A stretch of DNA of 64,000 bases from Squalus acanthias (Eukaryota). Under the pieces are notes generated by a model, which ran no database searches, was not told the DNA's origin, and saw nothing but the letters and a program-made list of their open reading frames with translations. Positions 1 to 12,916 of this stretch are shown here, piece after piece. The DNA is taken from assembly GCA_030390025.1 (NCBI GenBank), contig CM059432.1, positions 106,580,001 to 106,644,000 of the forward strand. Reading direction: 5' to 3'. The position numbers and the translations under genes were made by a program. Numbering within the stretch: the stretch's first letter is position 1; each line of letters starts with the position of its first letter.

Positions 1-18
1 ATCTTCTATGCTTCTATG

Positions 19-193
19 ACAACGCCTCGGTTACCGCCCCACCAGGAAGTGGAGTGCCCGACATTGCGCTCCACTTCCTGGGCGGGGCGGTTAGGTGAAT
101 TTTGCAGGGGCGGGACTTCCCCGCTGGGCGCAGGATGTCCCGCCTTGCCAGGGTTACCGCCCCGAAATGGGACGCTACCGACTTTCACACCCA
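19..193. mobile_element. Right end of a GC-rich hairpin-forming MITE-like element (probably Harbinger-derived), following a CR1-type (TTCTATG) tail at 1-18
   Basis: Long inverted repeat accgccccaccaggaagtggagtgc / gcgctccacttcctgggcggggcggt, a second hairpin at ~105-150, and a terminus 'actttcacaccc' resembling other TIR ends in the window. Confidence 0.45.
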
Positions 194-694
194 ACATGTT
201 TACAATTTTGTTAAAAATCTTCCCTCCCCTCCATTAACTCATGTTTACTTTTTCATTAAACTTTACTCACGGATGATAACATACGATGTGAGTGTGTGCC
301 ATTTGGGCAAGTGCTTATCAAGTTTACATAACAAATACCTTCTTACCTGCCTAAATTAATAAGGAATGGATGGCATTGACCAATTCTTCTGCACCAAAGG
401 AAATTGACCCAATTTGGGGCTTAAGATCATCATTCAGTAAAAACAGGTGCCACCTGCATGGAGGGAGGTCACTGACTGAGCTAATTCAGTCATCCAACTC
501 CATTGTACCTGACTGCAAATGAGGAACAAGTGTGCTTATATCTGGACAAAGGCAAAGGTAAATGGACTCTTTACTTTTGTACAGAAATTTTGTAGGACCC
601 ATCAAACACAAAAATAAGTTTGCAAGTACCAGACTCCCTGGGAGCTATAATTTTAAGCATTGTATGTAACCATTGCCCTTTTGCACACACAATG

Positions 695-1559
695 GGGCCG
701 ATTTTAACTCGCTCGGGCCCAGCGTAAATGGGTAGCGGCCCCAAAGTTGCTGTGCTGACCTCATAAACCTGTTTATGTTCCCGATCAGCCTCCCCTGCCA
801 TCTTGTGCAGGGTCCTGAGAAACGTGGCCCAGGTGCCTGCCTGTTTCCGGTGGGAGTTTTATTACAGTATAGGACCCCAATGCAATTTTCAGATGAAATG
901 GCAGGCCTTCTGCTGAGTGCAGGACCTGCCCAGTATAGGCAGAGAACATTTGGAGTGTTATTTAAAGAAGCATTCACTGTGGAGAGTGGGAGTGATTGTG
1001 GCATCTCCCTTCTGGTTGGAGGAGGAGAAGGAGGAAGAGCAGCAGCAGGAGAGGTCACAGGCAGCTGAAGTGGAGCCACAGAAGAGACCACCAAGGAGGG
1101 GGCAGCACAAAGGCATCCATACCCACCACATAGGGTATACAGACCCAGCGCGATGTACCTACAATTTAATGAGGAGAAGTATTTGAGGAGTCTGCGCTTC
1201 AGCAGAAAGGCTTTGACTGCCCTACACCACCTACTGCACTAAGACCTCCATTGATGCATCTGAAACCTGGGTGTCCCTGCATGTGCTGTCTCTCACTGAA
1301 TTTTCAGCTGCCACAGCCACAGAAAGGCACAAAAAAATATATATCTTGCTTTAAGAAGTAAAACCTTGCTTTAAATAAGCGCCGAGCCTGCCAGAAATCC
1401 TGCCCTCCTAATAGGTGAGTTGCCCATCAGTGCTGGAAAACGGGCGTCCCATTCGCCAGTGAGACTCAAGTGTAGCCCAACCACCAAGATGGTTCAGGCC
1501 TTTTACTGAATCCATTGAGTGGACAGCCCAAACAGCGGCAGAAGTGAAAATCGATCCCA
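695..1559 (+). mobile_element. Internally deleted PIF/Harbinger element
   Basis: Imperfect TIRs ggggccgatttt / aaaatcgatccc; ~1117-1210 translates as PYPPHRVYRPSAMYLQFNEEKYLRSLRFSRK, like the N-terminus of the Harbinger transposases elsewhere in the window. Confidence 0.6.
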
Positions 1560-1611
1560 CTCTTTCCTTGTGCCAAAGTTGCGAAGCACGTTTCTTGAAG
1601 GTGGATGTAGC

Positions 1612-1762
1612 AACAACATCAACAACTTGCATTTATATAGTGTAATCAGACAAAATTTAACACCGAGCCACATAAGGAGAAATTAGGACAGGTGACCAAA
1701 AGCTTAGTCAAAGAGGTAGGTTTTAAGGAGCGTCTTAAAGGAGGAGAGAGAGGTAGAGAGGC
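1612..1762 (-). mobile_element. L2-type LINE 3' fragment
   Basis: Reverse-strand tail ...ctatataaatgcaagttgttg typical of L2/L2-tailed SINE ends, followed by end-of-ORF2-like sequence. Confidence 0.55.
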
Positions 1763-2410
1763 AACCAAAGATTAGCCAATAGATGCTGAGTCTCGGTCGA
1801 GGTCCTCCTCTACTGTTAAGGGGTTTCTCAGTGGAGTCAGTAGCCACGGTTACAGAGGCCCTGTTTTCCTAAGAGCCATCCATCTAGTATTTCCCCTTCC
1901 AATAATGCAGGCATTATGGGCTGCCACACAATGAAGGAATCATGGCTGCTTCCTGGATAATGGCCACTGATGTGGATGACAATGTTTCAGCGATCAGGTA
2001 CCAGAATGAACATTAATTGAGTGCAAGCTCTTGCTCATCCCGAAGGCCACATCTTTGCTCTCGAGGGAGCCTTACCGCTCAGTGAAAGCAGTGCATCATA
2101 TCCAGCTGATGCCTCCTTTTTGCAGGAAATGTGATGAAGGTGTTGCCCCGTGCAAACATAGCAGTTGCCACTTCCCTGATACACGTGTGCACTGTAGACT
2201 GCCTGACGTGGCATGGAAGCTTCATGCTGTGATAACCATTATTTTAGTTTTAGAAAGAGCTATACTTGATCCAGTTGTTAGGTACACATCACCGTGAAGC
2301 AGATGGTACAACTCTATGGCAGCCAATCTTATAAAGCAGCAAAGGAAGGACTCCTCTGACATGTCTAGTTGCAGATCATGGGGTAGTGACCCCTGTGGAC
2401 AAAATGCCTC

Positions 2411-2830
2411 AGGGAACATAGGAACAGGAGTAGGCCATTCCGCCCCTTGATTCAATGAGATCATGGCTAATCTGTACCTCAACTCCATTCACCCGCCTTA
2501 GCTCCAGATTCTTTGATACCCTTACCTAACAAAAATCTATTGATCTCAGTCTTGAAAGATCCAATTGTCCTAGCATCCACAGCCTTTTGGGGTAGAGAAT
2601 TCCAGATTACGACCAACCATTGTGTGAAAAAGTGCTTCCTGATTTCCCTACCAAATGGCCTGGCTCTAATTTTGAGATTATGTTCCCTCGTTCTGGATTC
2701 CCAGAGGAAATAGTTTCTCTGTATCTACCCTATCGAATCCTTTTAACATTTGAAACACCTAGATCAGATGACCCATCAATCTTCTATACACAAGGGAATA
2801 CAAGCCAAGTTTAGACAACCTGTCCTCAGA
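2411..2830 (-). mobile_element. CR1 LINE 3' fragment
   Basis: aggaacataggaacaggagtaggccattc tail and ORF2 3' end homologous to the CR1 copies at 19.4-19.7 kb and 50.0-50.6 kb. Confidence 0.8.
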
Positions 2831-3946
2831 ATGAAAGACATAAAATCAATTGTAAAAGCTGCTTTCTTCCTTTAAGAAAGTTGCTTCAGAAGAATCAGTC
2901 CTGGGACTCGTGAGGCTCCCAATTTATATAGGTAAAGTGGAGCCTCCCCTGAGAATTGTCTGCCCTGAAACTTATAATTGCATTTATCTACTTTTTCCCT
3001 TACTTAAAATTATGTTTTCTTCTTCTTCCCAAACCCCCTCTCCAGCAGAGACCCGAACCTGACTGAGATGATGAGCAGGCTTTCCAGAAAGTGACTGTAA
3101 TATTGCAAAATCAGTTATTCCACACCTTTTGTAGGATTAATACAAATGACTGTTGGCTTCACAATGTGCTGCTTGTGGGTTTTAACCAGAATGGGCCAAG
3201 ATTCACAGAACTTGACTGCATTGTCACATACCCTCACCATCTGTATTGGCGTGAAATCGAGACCTCGAGTGATGAAACTATTGTACTGCTTCTTGTAACT
3301 ATGCCAGCACATTTTCCCGGGATTCCTGATAGGGTCAGGCTCCTTCAATTTCGGTGGGCGTAAGTCCTGCCCCGCCACACGTACGCACCAGGAACCTAGG
3401 AATTCCCAGGCCTATATGTTTTGTGTATAATAATTCTGTTGTTAGGTTAATGCTATTCACTACTAACAATGAGATTGGCTGGCTTTGGTTTGCAAAACGC
3501 AGATATAACTGAAATCTTATGTTTTTCTAATATGGCTCCAGATCAAACAAAACAGTCAGAGTGTAAAATGTCATGATTAATGTTACACTGTAAATTAAAA
3601 TGCGGTTAAACACAAGAATGTTGTGTTTCCTGCTGTATTTGTTTCTGGTGGCACATATACTAAAATTGCGAGCTTCTAACTCTCCTTATTATATTCTTAA
3701 CACTTTTCCTTTGAATTCCTTTTGGTAGTGCAATATTAGTAATAATAATAAATTAATCAATTAATTACACATTGAGAGAGTTTATTGAAAGCTGTAGAAT
3801 GTGTCTTCAAACAATAAAGAGAAATAGATTTTTGATTGATCTCGCTATATAAAATTGTTTAGTACATATATTTCCACACTAATTGCCTGTATTTTAGTTC
3901 GATTGTTCTGGATATTAAATTAATTTTGGGTCCTGTTAATTTGCAG

Positions 3947-4030
3947 GGAAGCACTGCATTTTATCTTATTTCAATTAATTATTGCTGGTGTCCTGGTGGT
4001 GGTCAAGTGGACGTGGCTAAACTCTCTAAG
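3947..4030 (+). other. Candidate 84-nt host exon (unassigned)
   Basis: ttaatttgcAG acceptor and AG|GTatag donor; length is a multiple of 3; two frames are open, one hydrophobic (EALHFILFQLIIAGVLVVVKWTWLNSL); lies in non-repetitive AT-rich DNA. Confidence 0.25.
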
Positions 4031-4244
4031 GTATAGAAGTTTTTTGAATGATTGCTGATCAGTCCTTTTTTTGAGAGTCAGTCGGGCCAATTGTAAACCA
4101 GCCGGCACAGTGAGCATGCTGAAAGCAGGGAGTTAAAGTCGTGTCTGGGGCCTCCCTGCGCTGTTCCCACCCTCCATCATTTTAAATGAACTGTTGCATG
4201 TCAAGCACCGGCCCAAGGCAAGCGAGTCCTAAATGATGCCTAAA

Positions 4245-4735
4245 TGACTTGCCTGGATGAGTGCAGCTCCAACAACACTCAAGAAGCTCGACACCATCAG
4301 GACAAAGCAGCCGCTTGTTTGGCACCCTATCCACCACCTTAAACATTCACTCCCTCCATTACCAGCGCACCGTGGCTGCAGTGTGTACCATATACAAGAT
4401 GCACTGCAGCAACTCACCAAAGCTTCTTCAACAGCACCTCCCAAACCTGCGATCTCTACCACCTAGAAGGACAAGGGCAGCAGGCGCATGGGAACACCAT
4501 CTCCTCCAAGTTACACACCATCCTGACTTGGAAATATATCGCCGTTCCTTCATCATCGCTGGGTCAAAATCCTGGAACTCTCTCCCTAACAGCACTATGG
4601 GAGTACCTCCATCGCACGGACTGCAACAGTTCAAGAAGGCGGCTCACCACCACCTTCACAAGGGCAATTAGGGATGGGCAATAAATGCTGGCCTTGCCAG
4701 TGACGCCCACATCCCAAGAACAAATTTTTAAAAAA
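4245..4735 (+). mobile_element. Non-LTR retrotransposon (CR1-group, L2/Crack-like) 3' fragment inserted in a Harbinger remnant
   Basis: AWMSAAPTTLKKLDTI...SLHYQRTVAAVCTIYKMH...GSKSWNSLP ORF2 C-terminus, then AATAAA and an A-rich tail. Confidence 0.7.
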
Positions 4736-4739
4736 GTAG

Positions 4740-5600
4740 GCCATGCCATGCCAGTGGCCCTCAAAGTCATCACAATCCTGAACTTTTATGCCACTGGCTC
4801 CTCTCAGGCTTCAACATCAGACACATCTCCCAGGCTGCAGTTCACAGCTGCATTAAGCAGGTGAATGACGCCCTCTTTGTCAGGACCAAGCAGTACAGCA
4901 CTGTCTCCACTGACATCAGCAGTCAACAGGACCGAGCTCATGGCTTTGCAGCAGTGGCTGGCTTCCCTCACATGCAGGGTGTGATCGACTGTACACACTT
5001 GGCCAACAGGGCGCTGAAACACAAGCCAGCAACATTCATCAACAGAAAGTGATACCACTCTATCAATGATAGTGGCCAAGAAACGGAACAACATCATGCA
5101 GGTCTGTTCAAGGAGCCCAGGGAGCTGCCACAATGCTTGTATACTCAGATCGTTTACCTTCCCCCCACTATTCCACCCTGTGAGGAACATGACAGGATGG
5201 CTGCTTGGAGACAAGGGATCTGGCTGATAACACCCCTCCAAACCCCACCATGCCTGAGCAGCACAGATATAAACAAAGCCAAAGCACAAGCTGGATCCTT
5301 ATGCAGCACATATTAGGAATGCTCAAGCAGAGGTTTAGATGTCTGGATCGCCCTGCAATATACCCCAGATAGAGTGTCACAGATAGTTGTGATCTGCTGC
5401 GTATTGCACAACATTGCATTGCAGAGAGGCTGTCTAGCCCACCTGGAGTGCCAATGTTTGAGCTGGGGGCTGGAGCTTCTGATGCTGCATCTTCAGGAGG
5501 ATTGTCCTTCTTGGAGATTTGTTCTTCTGCGGGAGCCTCTTGGTGTTGAGAGAGCCCTCGAAGAAAGAGAAAAGGAAGATGATTTAGGCTATACATGAAC
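4740..5600 (+). pseudogene. Degraded Harbinger (HARBI1-like DDE) transposase
   Basis: Motifs GFPHMQGVIDCTH, FINRK, WLLGDKG, LKQRFRCLD and VICCVLHNIAL across frameshifts and stops. Confidence 0.85.
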
Positions 5601-5719
5601 AGGTGAGAATGCAAGTTGCAGTTGCTAAGTTTGCTGCATCTGTGCTGAATTGAATGAAGGGATACAAGTGATATGCCGACACGCTGCGTGGGTGCACCAC
5701 CAGCCTCTCCTGGCCCGAT

Positions 5720-6485
5720 ACTCATGATCTTGCCTGGTCTTCTTGGTCTGCCTGTGGGAGGGTGATGATCTTGGGGACTCCTCCACCTGTCCTGTTCCTC
5801 TCCTTGGTATTATGTTCTGTCTTGTTCTGCAGAAAGAGAGGGCGAGAGTCAGTGTATGTTGAAAAGGTAAGTGGAGATGTATGGGGCTTGTGCATATAGT
5901 GGATGTGTTGAGAGGTGTAGAAGAAGCAAAATGGAATGAGAATGGGAAGGTGAGATATATATATATATATAAAGGGAAGTGTGCGTAATGCAAAGTGAGG
6001 AAGGAGTTCTGGGATGAGTTGGTGGTTGTGCAAGTGCTAGAATGTGAGAAGATGATGGTGTTACTGTGTGTTGTTAAGAGAGGAAAATAAAAGGTGAGTG
6101 TATTTGGAATGAGAACGAGAGGTATTTTAGTGTGGCCTTGTGATTGTATGGTGAAGGATGTCATGGAGGGGAGATGATAGTTGTGAGTGGTGGGGAGAGG
6201 GTGAGAGTTGTTGTCAGGTGATGTTGAGAGAGGTGGAGAAGTGAAAAGCTGTACTCACTAATCATTAATCCTCTGTTCCCATTGAACCCAGGTCTTGGGG
6301 GTGATGCTGCTGGCACTGACCCTGTCAGCCACCTCTCTGTAGGCCTGCCTGACAGTGGCCTTGGAGATGCTCCTGCAGGTGCTTGGAAAGAGTACCTCCC
6401 ACCTGGCCCTCATTTCCTCAATTAGGACCTCCAAGAATGCATCAGTAAGTGAGGGGGGTGGGGAGTGGGCAGCCCTCCAACTCAT
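5720..6485 (-). pseudogene. Degraded Harbinger Myb/SANT-like partner gene, convergent with the transposase at 4740-5600
   Basis: ORF 6258..6485 (TDAFLEVLIEEMRARWEVLF...YREVADRVSA...KTWVQWEQRIND) ends at a donor-like site; a second exon-like piece at ~5720-5830 encodes RTGGG. Confidence 0.7.
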
Positions 6486-6739
6486 CTCTGCAGTTGTTAA
6501 CTGGAAATTGCAAGCAGGGGATGCAGCCTCGCTTTAAGATGGGAATGTGCTGGATTCCTCCATTGATTCTCCATATGATGGGTTTCCCTCTCTAAGCCAG
6601 GTAACACAGAGCAAATAGTGGTGTGTAAGAGTTGGAGAAGATTTTGAAGAAGGTGCTGCATTTGACTTGACTTAAACAGCTGATATGACTGTTGACCTGG
6701 TGCGAGGCCTGCGCGTGTTGTGCATGTGTGTGTGTATCT

Positions 6740-7729
6740 TCTTCTTCTTCTTAGGCAGTCCCTCGGAACCGAAGATGACTTGCTTCCACATTAAAAATGA
6801 GTTCTCAGGTGACTGGTGAGTCCAATGCGGGACCTACAGTCTCTGTCACAGGTGGGGCAGACGGTGGTTGAAGGGGTGGGTGGATGGGGTGCTTGGGTTG
6901 ACGTGCGCTCCTTGCGCTGTTTGCGCTTGGCTTCCGCTTGCTCCCGGCGAAGAGACTCGAGGTGTTCGGCGCCTTCCCGGATGCTTCTCCTCCACTTTGT
7001 GCGGTCTTGGGCCAGGGTTTCCCAGGTGTCAGTGGGGATGTTGCACTTTTTCAAGGAGGCTTTGAGGGTGTCCTTGAAGCGTTTCCCTCTGCCCACCTGG
7101 GGCTCTCTTGCCGTGTCGGAGCTCCGAGTACAGCGCTTGTTTTGGGAGTCTCGTATCGGGCATGCGGATGATGTGACCCATCAATCGGAGCTGATCGAGA
7201 GTTGTCAAAGCTTCGATGTTGGGGATGTTGGCCTGAGCGAGAACACTGACGTTGGTGCACCTATCCTGCCAATGGATTTGCAGGATCTTGCGGAGGCAGC
7301 GTTGGTGGTACCTCTCCAGTACTTTGAGGTGCCTGTTGTACATGGTCAATGTCTCTGAAGCATACAGGAGGGCGGGTATCACTACTGCTCTGTAGACCAT
7401 GAGCTTGGTGCTGGGATTGAGGTCCTGGTCTTCAAACACTCTCTTCCTCAGGCAACCGAAGGCTGCACTGGCACACTGAAGGCGGTGTTGGACTTCGTCA
7501 TCGATGTCTGCCCTTGTTGACAGTAGGCTCCCGAGGTATGGAAAGTGGTCCACGTTGTCCAAGGTTTCATCGTGGATTTTGATAATTGGGGGGCAGTACT
7601 GTGTGGCGGGGGCAGGTTGGTAGAGGACCTTTGTCTTACGAATGTTTAGTGTAAGGCCCATGCTCTCCTACGCTTCGGTGAAGGTGTTGACGATGGTTTG
7701 GAGTTCGACCTCCGAGTGTGCGCAGACGC
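6740..7729 (-). mobile_element. 5'-truncated RTE-BovB-like LINE
   Basis: ORF2 C-terminus (GLTLNIRKTKV...FPYLGS...CPTCDRDCRSRIGLTSHLRTH), (GAA)n tail, 10-bp TSD gtgtgtatct at 6730-6739 and 7730-7739. Confidence 0.93.
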
Positions 7730-7879
7730 GTGTGTATCTGTGTGTCTGCATGCACACACGTGCTTCTTATTTTGCTTTAATTCAAATTAAATTGTCCACT
7801 TCACTGGTAGGTGTTGACATTATCTGAATCCTACTGATCAAATTCCTTGTAATTAATTAATAGGAAGAATAAGGAGGCC

Positions 7880-9330
7880 ATATACTGCTTGGATAATAAG
7901 AGTCTAAATGGGGTAGAGGAGCAAAGGGATCTAGGGGTACAGATACACAAATGTAGTGACGCAGGTTAATAAGGCCATAAAAATAGAAAACCAAGCACTG
8001 GGATTCATTTCTAGAGGGATAGAATTGAAAAGCAGAGAAGTCTTGTACAGAACCGTGGCTGGACCACACTTGGGGGGCTAAATTTGGTTGATTTGCGCCT
8101 CCCAGGGCGCTAACGGGGCGCAAATCAACTAGCACCTGGGCGCGGTGCCGCTAACTACTCCCGTGAAATTCAGCGGGAGGTTAGCGGTGGCGCTAACCGT
8201 GAGTGCCGCACGGCGCTGCGCCGCAGGCGATGACATAATCGCCGTGCGCAGTGCCCCGCTCGCGCCCCAGCTGTAATATTGGGTGGCGCCCCCCCGACTT
8301 ACCGCCGGACGCTATGTCCGTCGGGGTCGGGGGGCCTACCTGCGGCCAGGGCGGCGCTAATTAAAGGGGAGGTGGCGGGTGGCCATTTTTGTTGCTGGCC
8401 GCCTGCCAGCACCTGCCCCCGTGAAGCCCCCCCGCGGGGTGCCGGCTGCTCTCCGTGAGCCCGGCACTCCTCTTGAGTGCTGGGCTCGTTTGCCGGCACT
8501 CCCGATCACTGGTGGCCCAGCTGGGCGCAGGGACGCGCTGCGCCAGGCCCCTCCCCTTTAATAAGGGGAGGAAGGCCTGCAGTACCGCGATGCGACGTGC
8601 TGCAGCGCCACGTAGCGCCGCAATATTGGCTCGCAGCGCCCCAAGAGGGACGCGGGGCGCTTCCAGTAGCGCCCCTCCTCCCTCTCGGGGCACTACCTCG
8701 GAAAATCGGCCATGGGGGCGCTAACTTTTTCGGGGCACTAAAATTAGCGAAGGTTGCACCCCAAAGGGGGCGCTACCCAATTTTTACTCTTTGGAGTACT
8801 ATGCACAGTTCTGGTCTCAATATTATAAAAGGATATAGAGGCATTGGAGAAGGTGCAAAAATGATTCTCAGAGATGATACCAGAACTGAAAGATTATAAC
8901 TATCAGGAAAGACTTAACAGGTTGGGGCTCTTTTCTCTAAAAAAGAGAAGGCTGAAGGGTGACCTAATTGAGGTCTTTAAGATAATGAAAGGGTTTGATA
9001 GGGTAGAAGTAGAGCAAATGTTTCCACTTGTGCGGAGACCAAAACTAAAGGCCATAAATAAATATAAGATAATAATTAATAAATCCAATAGGGAATTCAG
9101 GAGAAACATCTTTCCCTAAAGAGTGGTAACATGGAATGCACTACCACAAGGAGTAGTTGAGACAAATATCATAGATGCATTTAAGGGGAAGCTAGATAAG
9201 CACGTGAGGGAGAAATGAATTGAAATATATGCTGATGGGGTTAGATGAAGATGGGTGGGAGGAGGCTCGTGTGGAGCATAAACACTGGCATCGACCTATG
9301 GGGCCGAATGGCCTTTTTCTGTGCTGTAGT
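7880..9330 (+). mobile_element. CR1 LINE 3' fragment split by a MITE
   Basis: RDLGV..., then PHL|EYYAQFWS rejoined across the insertion, and YQERLNRLGLFSLKKRRLKGDLIEVFKIM. Confidence 0.85.
8073..8790. mobile_element. GC/CpG-rich non-autonomous Harbinger-type element (MITE)
   Basis: 3-bp TSD TTG at 8070-8072 and 8791-8793 exactly interrupting the CR1 'cacacttggagtac'; imperfect TIRs gggggctaaatttgg / ccaatttttactct. Confidence 0.75.
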
Positions 9331-10199
9331 CTCGATGTAACTCGAGTAACTCGATTAAGGTTTAGAGGGGTTTATTTTTCAATTTGCTAATCTACGTTAA
9401 TTCCAATAATATTTGGACTTAATGGAAGCAACTCAGCCGTAGTAATTATATTTTGAAGCTTTAACATTTTGATGCTATTTTTAAGAAGAAGTGGGTGAAG
9501 GGTCCGAGAATATGTGATATTGGGGCCTTCTGGGGGCCTGAGTTGAGAGGGATATGTGTGAGGGTGAGCTTAGCGTCTGATTTCAGGTTTGTGGAGCCTC
9601 CAGTATAGAATATGACAGCTGGAGAGATCGTTTCATGTTGCACTTCTGGGAATCTCACATTGGGACGGTCGACTAAATGTGCCAAGTGAAATGTTATCCA
9701 ATGGATGTTACACCTCAGCTTCACAAACCAGACATATTATATAAACAAAAAAGTTGAGAGGAGTTCAAAGAGACATGTTATTCTAAGTTCCACAGTCTGA
9801 TTTAGCTATGCAGAGACTAATTGATACCTGGGAGCAATAGCAAGACAGGAGTCTGAGGAAAGGTTTCAAGTGACATCATAAACCATGAGTGAAAGTCATC
9901 TGAACTCCAAAATGGGATATCAATCACTCTGGGGTATCAATTATTTCCATAATCTATACTTTGAACTTCATGAAGTGCTTTTAAAAAAAACAAATCCTTT
10001 CAAGAGAATATGTATATATATTTTGTAAAGTCACTGTACAGTTTTGTCTCAAATTCTGGTGTGTTGGTACGGTTGTGCACACTGACTCTGAGGAGTGGTT
10101 TCAGGTGACATCATAAGCCATGAGTGAAAGTCACCTGAGCTACACATTGTGTGATGGTTGGGGTAATTATGTTGAATCCCCGGGATTTGGCCAAGTCAG

Positions 10200-10860
10200 G
10201 GAACCTATCAAGGGCCCTTCCTATCTGCAGAATAGGGTCATTGTCCTTTGTAGTACTGGGAGGGGATTTGTTAATTTGAAGTGCCATTCTGACTGTAGGA
10301 GGTTGTTGGATGTATAGGGAAAATCATGTGGGCTACTGGGATAGGGCTCTGGACTGCCTGGTACCTCTCGAGCTCCAGGCAGAGTACATGATTGGCATAT
10401 GCCCCATAGATGTTTCACCCACATGTTAGTTGTGGGCAGGATTAATTTTGCACTGAGGGAATTCATTCTCCTGCAACTGGCAGTGACAGCTAGCTCGAAT
10501 GTTGCAGGAGGGGCTCTCTTTCCAGTAGGCAGGCCTAGCAGGCCTGGGACTTTAGCAATTGTGAGGCCTGTCATGATGTCTGTGGTTTCCTGGACTGCTT
10601 CCCAGAATGGTTGAACGTGGGAGCATGACCAGAATGTGCGTAGTACCGGGTCCTGCTGGCCACAGTCCCTAAGCAGTCATCCCTTAGAAGGAGGTGGAAT
10701 TTGTGAAGTATTTGTGGGATGCATTGTGCTCGGTGCATAATCCTGGTAGTAGTTGTGAGGTTCTGCTTTCAAGCCTCTCTCCATTCCTCCTCTATTATCT
10801 GACATCATAGGTCCTATTTCCAGACCATTTTTAACTTTTTAAAGTCTTTTGACTGTAAGA
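10200..10860 (-). mobile_element. L1-clade LINE ORF2 C-terminal remnant
   Basis: Minus-strand translation gives WK*DL*CQIIEEEWRE...CLRDCGQQ...FWSCSHVQPFWEAV...LLGLP, the L1 C-terminal cysteine-rich region. Confidence 0.65.
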
Positions 10861-10864
10861 CAAA

Positions 10865-11078
10865 CATGATCTGGAACTCTCTCCCCCAAATGGATGTGGT
10901 TGCTGGGACAATTGGAGCTTTCAAGACTGAGATCGATAGATTTTTATTCGGTAACAGTATCAAGGGATATGGAGCAAAGGTGGGTAAATGGATTTGAAGT
11001 ACTGATCAGCCATGATCTAATTGAATGGCGGAGCAGGCTCGAGGGGCTGAATGGCCTACTCCTGTTCCTCTGTTCCTT
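10865..11078 (+). mobile_element. CR1 LINE 3' end
   Basis: WNSLP...FKTEIDRFL followed by the gatcagccatgatc...ggctcgaggggctgaatggcctactcctg 3' UTR. Confidence 0.8.
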
Positions 11079-12035
11079 AGATGCAGAGAGTGAAATATAC
11101 ATTATACCAACCTCTAATAATATTTATTTTTTAGATATATTTTGTTATTTTCTCCTCTTCATGTCCACTATCCTGTATACTTGACTGATGGTGAATTGGC
11201 TAGCAACTTGCTTTCTGTACCTGGTCATTAGGAGGAGGTAAGGAACATCAACACAAAGGTCAACTCACTGTCTGATTTCCCCTCCATCCCTGTGAGTAAA
11301 AGCCTCCAATCTCCTCTGAGATGCAAACTGGATGAGATCAGGGAAACCATAAGCATGAATCTGTGTCCTGCCATATGGTAGGGCTTTAAATATTTAAACA
11401 CCAATGGACTGATTCAATCATTAAATGAACTGACCACAAGGAAACTGAGTCATATAGCTCAGAAGGATCTTTGTATTTCATCCTGTCGATGCTGAATTGT
11501 CCTTTCTTAGTTTGGTGGTAGTAGGGGTCTGGCGCAACTGGCCTTGGCACCCCCTGGGCTAGGAAGGGGGGCAAAGAATCAGCCTTAGCTACTGCTCCTG
11601 ATCACCGTCCAGTGATTCCTGCTGGAAAGATCATGTGTGAATATCATGTGAGGATAGGATTAGACGCAGCTGTGATGTTCCTCACAGTTCAATAGCCTGT
11701 TCCCACTCACTATCAAAGTTCATACATGAAAAATGGCCGCTTAAGTAAGTTCACTGTACATCAGCATTGCTCAGAGCCTTGAGGAGAAAATGGGAAGAAA
11801 ATTGGAGTTGGGCAACCAGACCTCTTCGGCCTTTAATCATGTCTAAAGTATCTTGAGTTAAGTAAGATGACAGCTGCAGTTCAGAAATCTATACATAAAT
11901 TTATACATAAGCTCACAGCAGTTGTATCATAACATGCAAAGTGAAATTGCTCTTAATGTTGCTGTTCTGTGTGGGATTGTTGTGTTTGTGAGTGTACACA
12001 TGTAAATCTGTATATGTCTACACGTGTGTACATAT

Positions 12036-12140
12036 AAAAGCAAAATACTGCGGATGCTGGAAATCTGAAATTAAAAACAGAAAATGCTGGAAATACTCAG
12101 CAGTTCAGGCAGCTTCTGTGGAGAGAAAAGCAGAGTTAAC
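12036..12140 (-). mobile_element. Penelope-like terminal repeat fragment
   Basis: Reverse complement of the 40388-40490 Penelope 3' region; breaks off at the gttaac motif. Confidence 0.7.
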
Positions 12141-12916
12141 AGGGGGTGAAATTAGATTAGGCCTGAAAACAGAAAAGGGAGGTGTTTCAGCGTTCTTCCT
12201 TTAAATTCAGGCCCCGTGAAGTCAGGATCCAAAGGATCAGCAGTTGAGGAAGGATGCAAACTTGCCCTCTGGCCAGCAGCTTCTTGTTGCTGCACCATCA
12301 CCTTGCTCAGGCTCTTGTGTATATCAATGGAGGAGCACTCTTCTGTAGTTCACTATCGAAATCCCTGGGATGGATGTACCAGGGCTGGTGCTCAGAGATG
12401 TGAACTATTATCTTTTTAGGAGGCAGTGGGACCCTACATTGCTTCCTGTGCCACACCTATAGAAAATTCAGATGAACTTACATTAAAATTCTAGTTGTAT
12501 GATACCCTGTCAAATATTCATTACGTGTGAATAAACTGTGTCATACGGTATTATGTTTGAGCGTATGCCTGTGGGTCAGTTAGTGCCACCAACTTCACTC
12601 TCCCCAACTTCCTCCATGCTCTCCAGCCCAACGAGCTGCTGGCTGGCATCTTCGAATGCACGCTAGGGCTTGATCTTTCATGGGCCTCGTCCAATCCACA
12701 TTTGCTAGGCCTTTGAATCCCTGGAACAGCATTGGATAACCCACCTGTGCCAAACAGCAAGCTCCCAATGACCGGTGTTATTCATGCTCAGAGTTCACTA
12801 GAAATGTATAAATAGGCCTGTCATTGGGCAATTTCAGTATGCCGTCCTCCATTCTGGCACATGTAAATCCACATCGCTTCCTGCCTGTCTCCTAAGCATT
12901 GTGGAGAATTCACCCT
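12141..12916. mobile_element. Possible non-autonomous Harbinger-type element
   Basis: Terminal inverted repeats ggggtgaaatt / aattcacccct; no clean TSD. Confidence 0.35.

Noticed and set aside
447..557. AG...GT bounded exon-like segment
   Set aside because: Stops in all three frames
10084..10138. CTGAGGA...GAAA as a hammerhead ribozyme
   Set aside because: Stem geometry and cleavage-site placement do not fit any hammerhead topology
10380..10470. HVGETS resembling a GIY-YIG motif
   Set aside because: Flanking translation (EEEW, CLRDCG, FWSC..VQPFW) fits an L1 ORF2 C-terminus better
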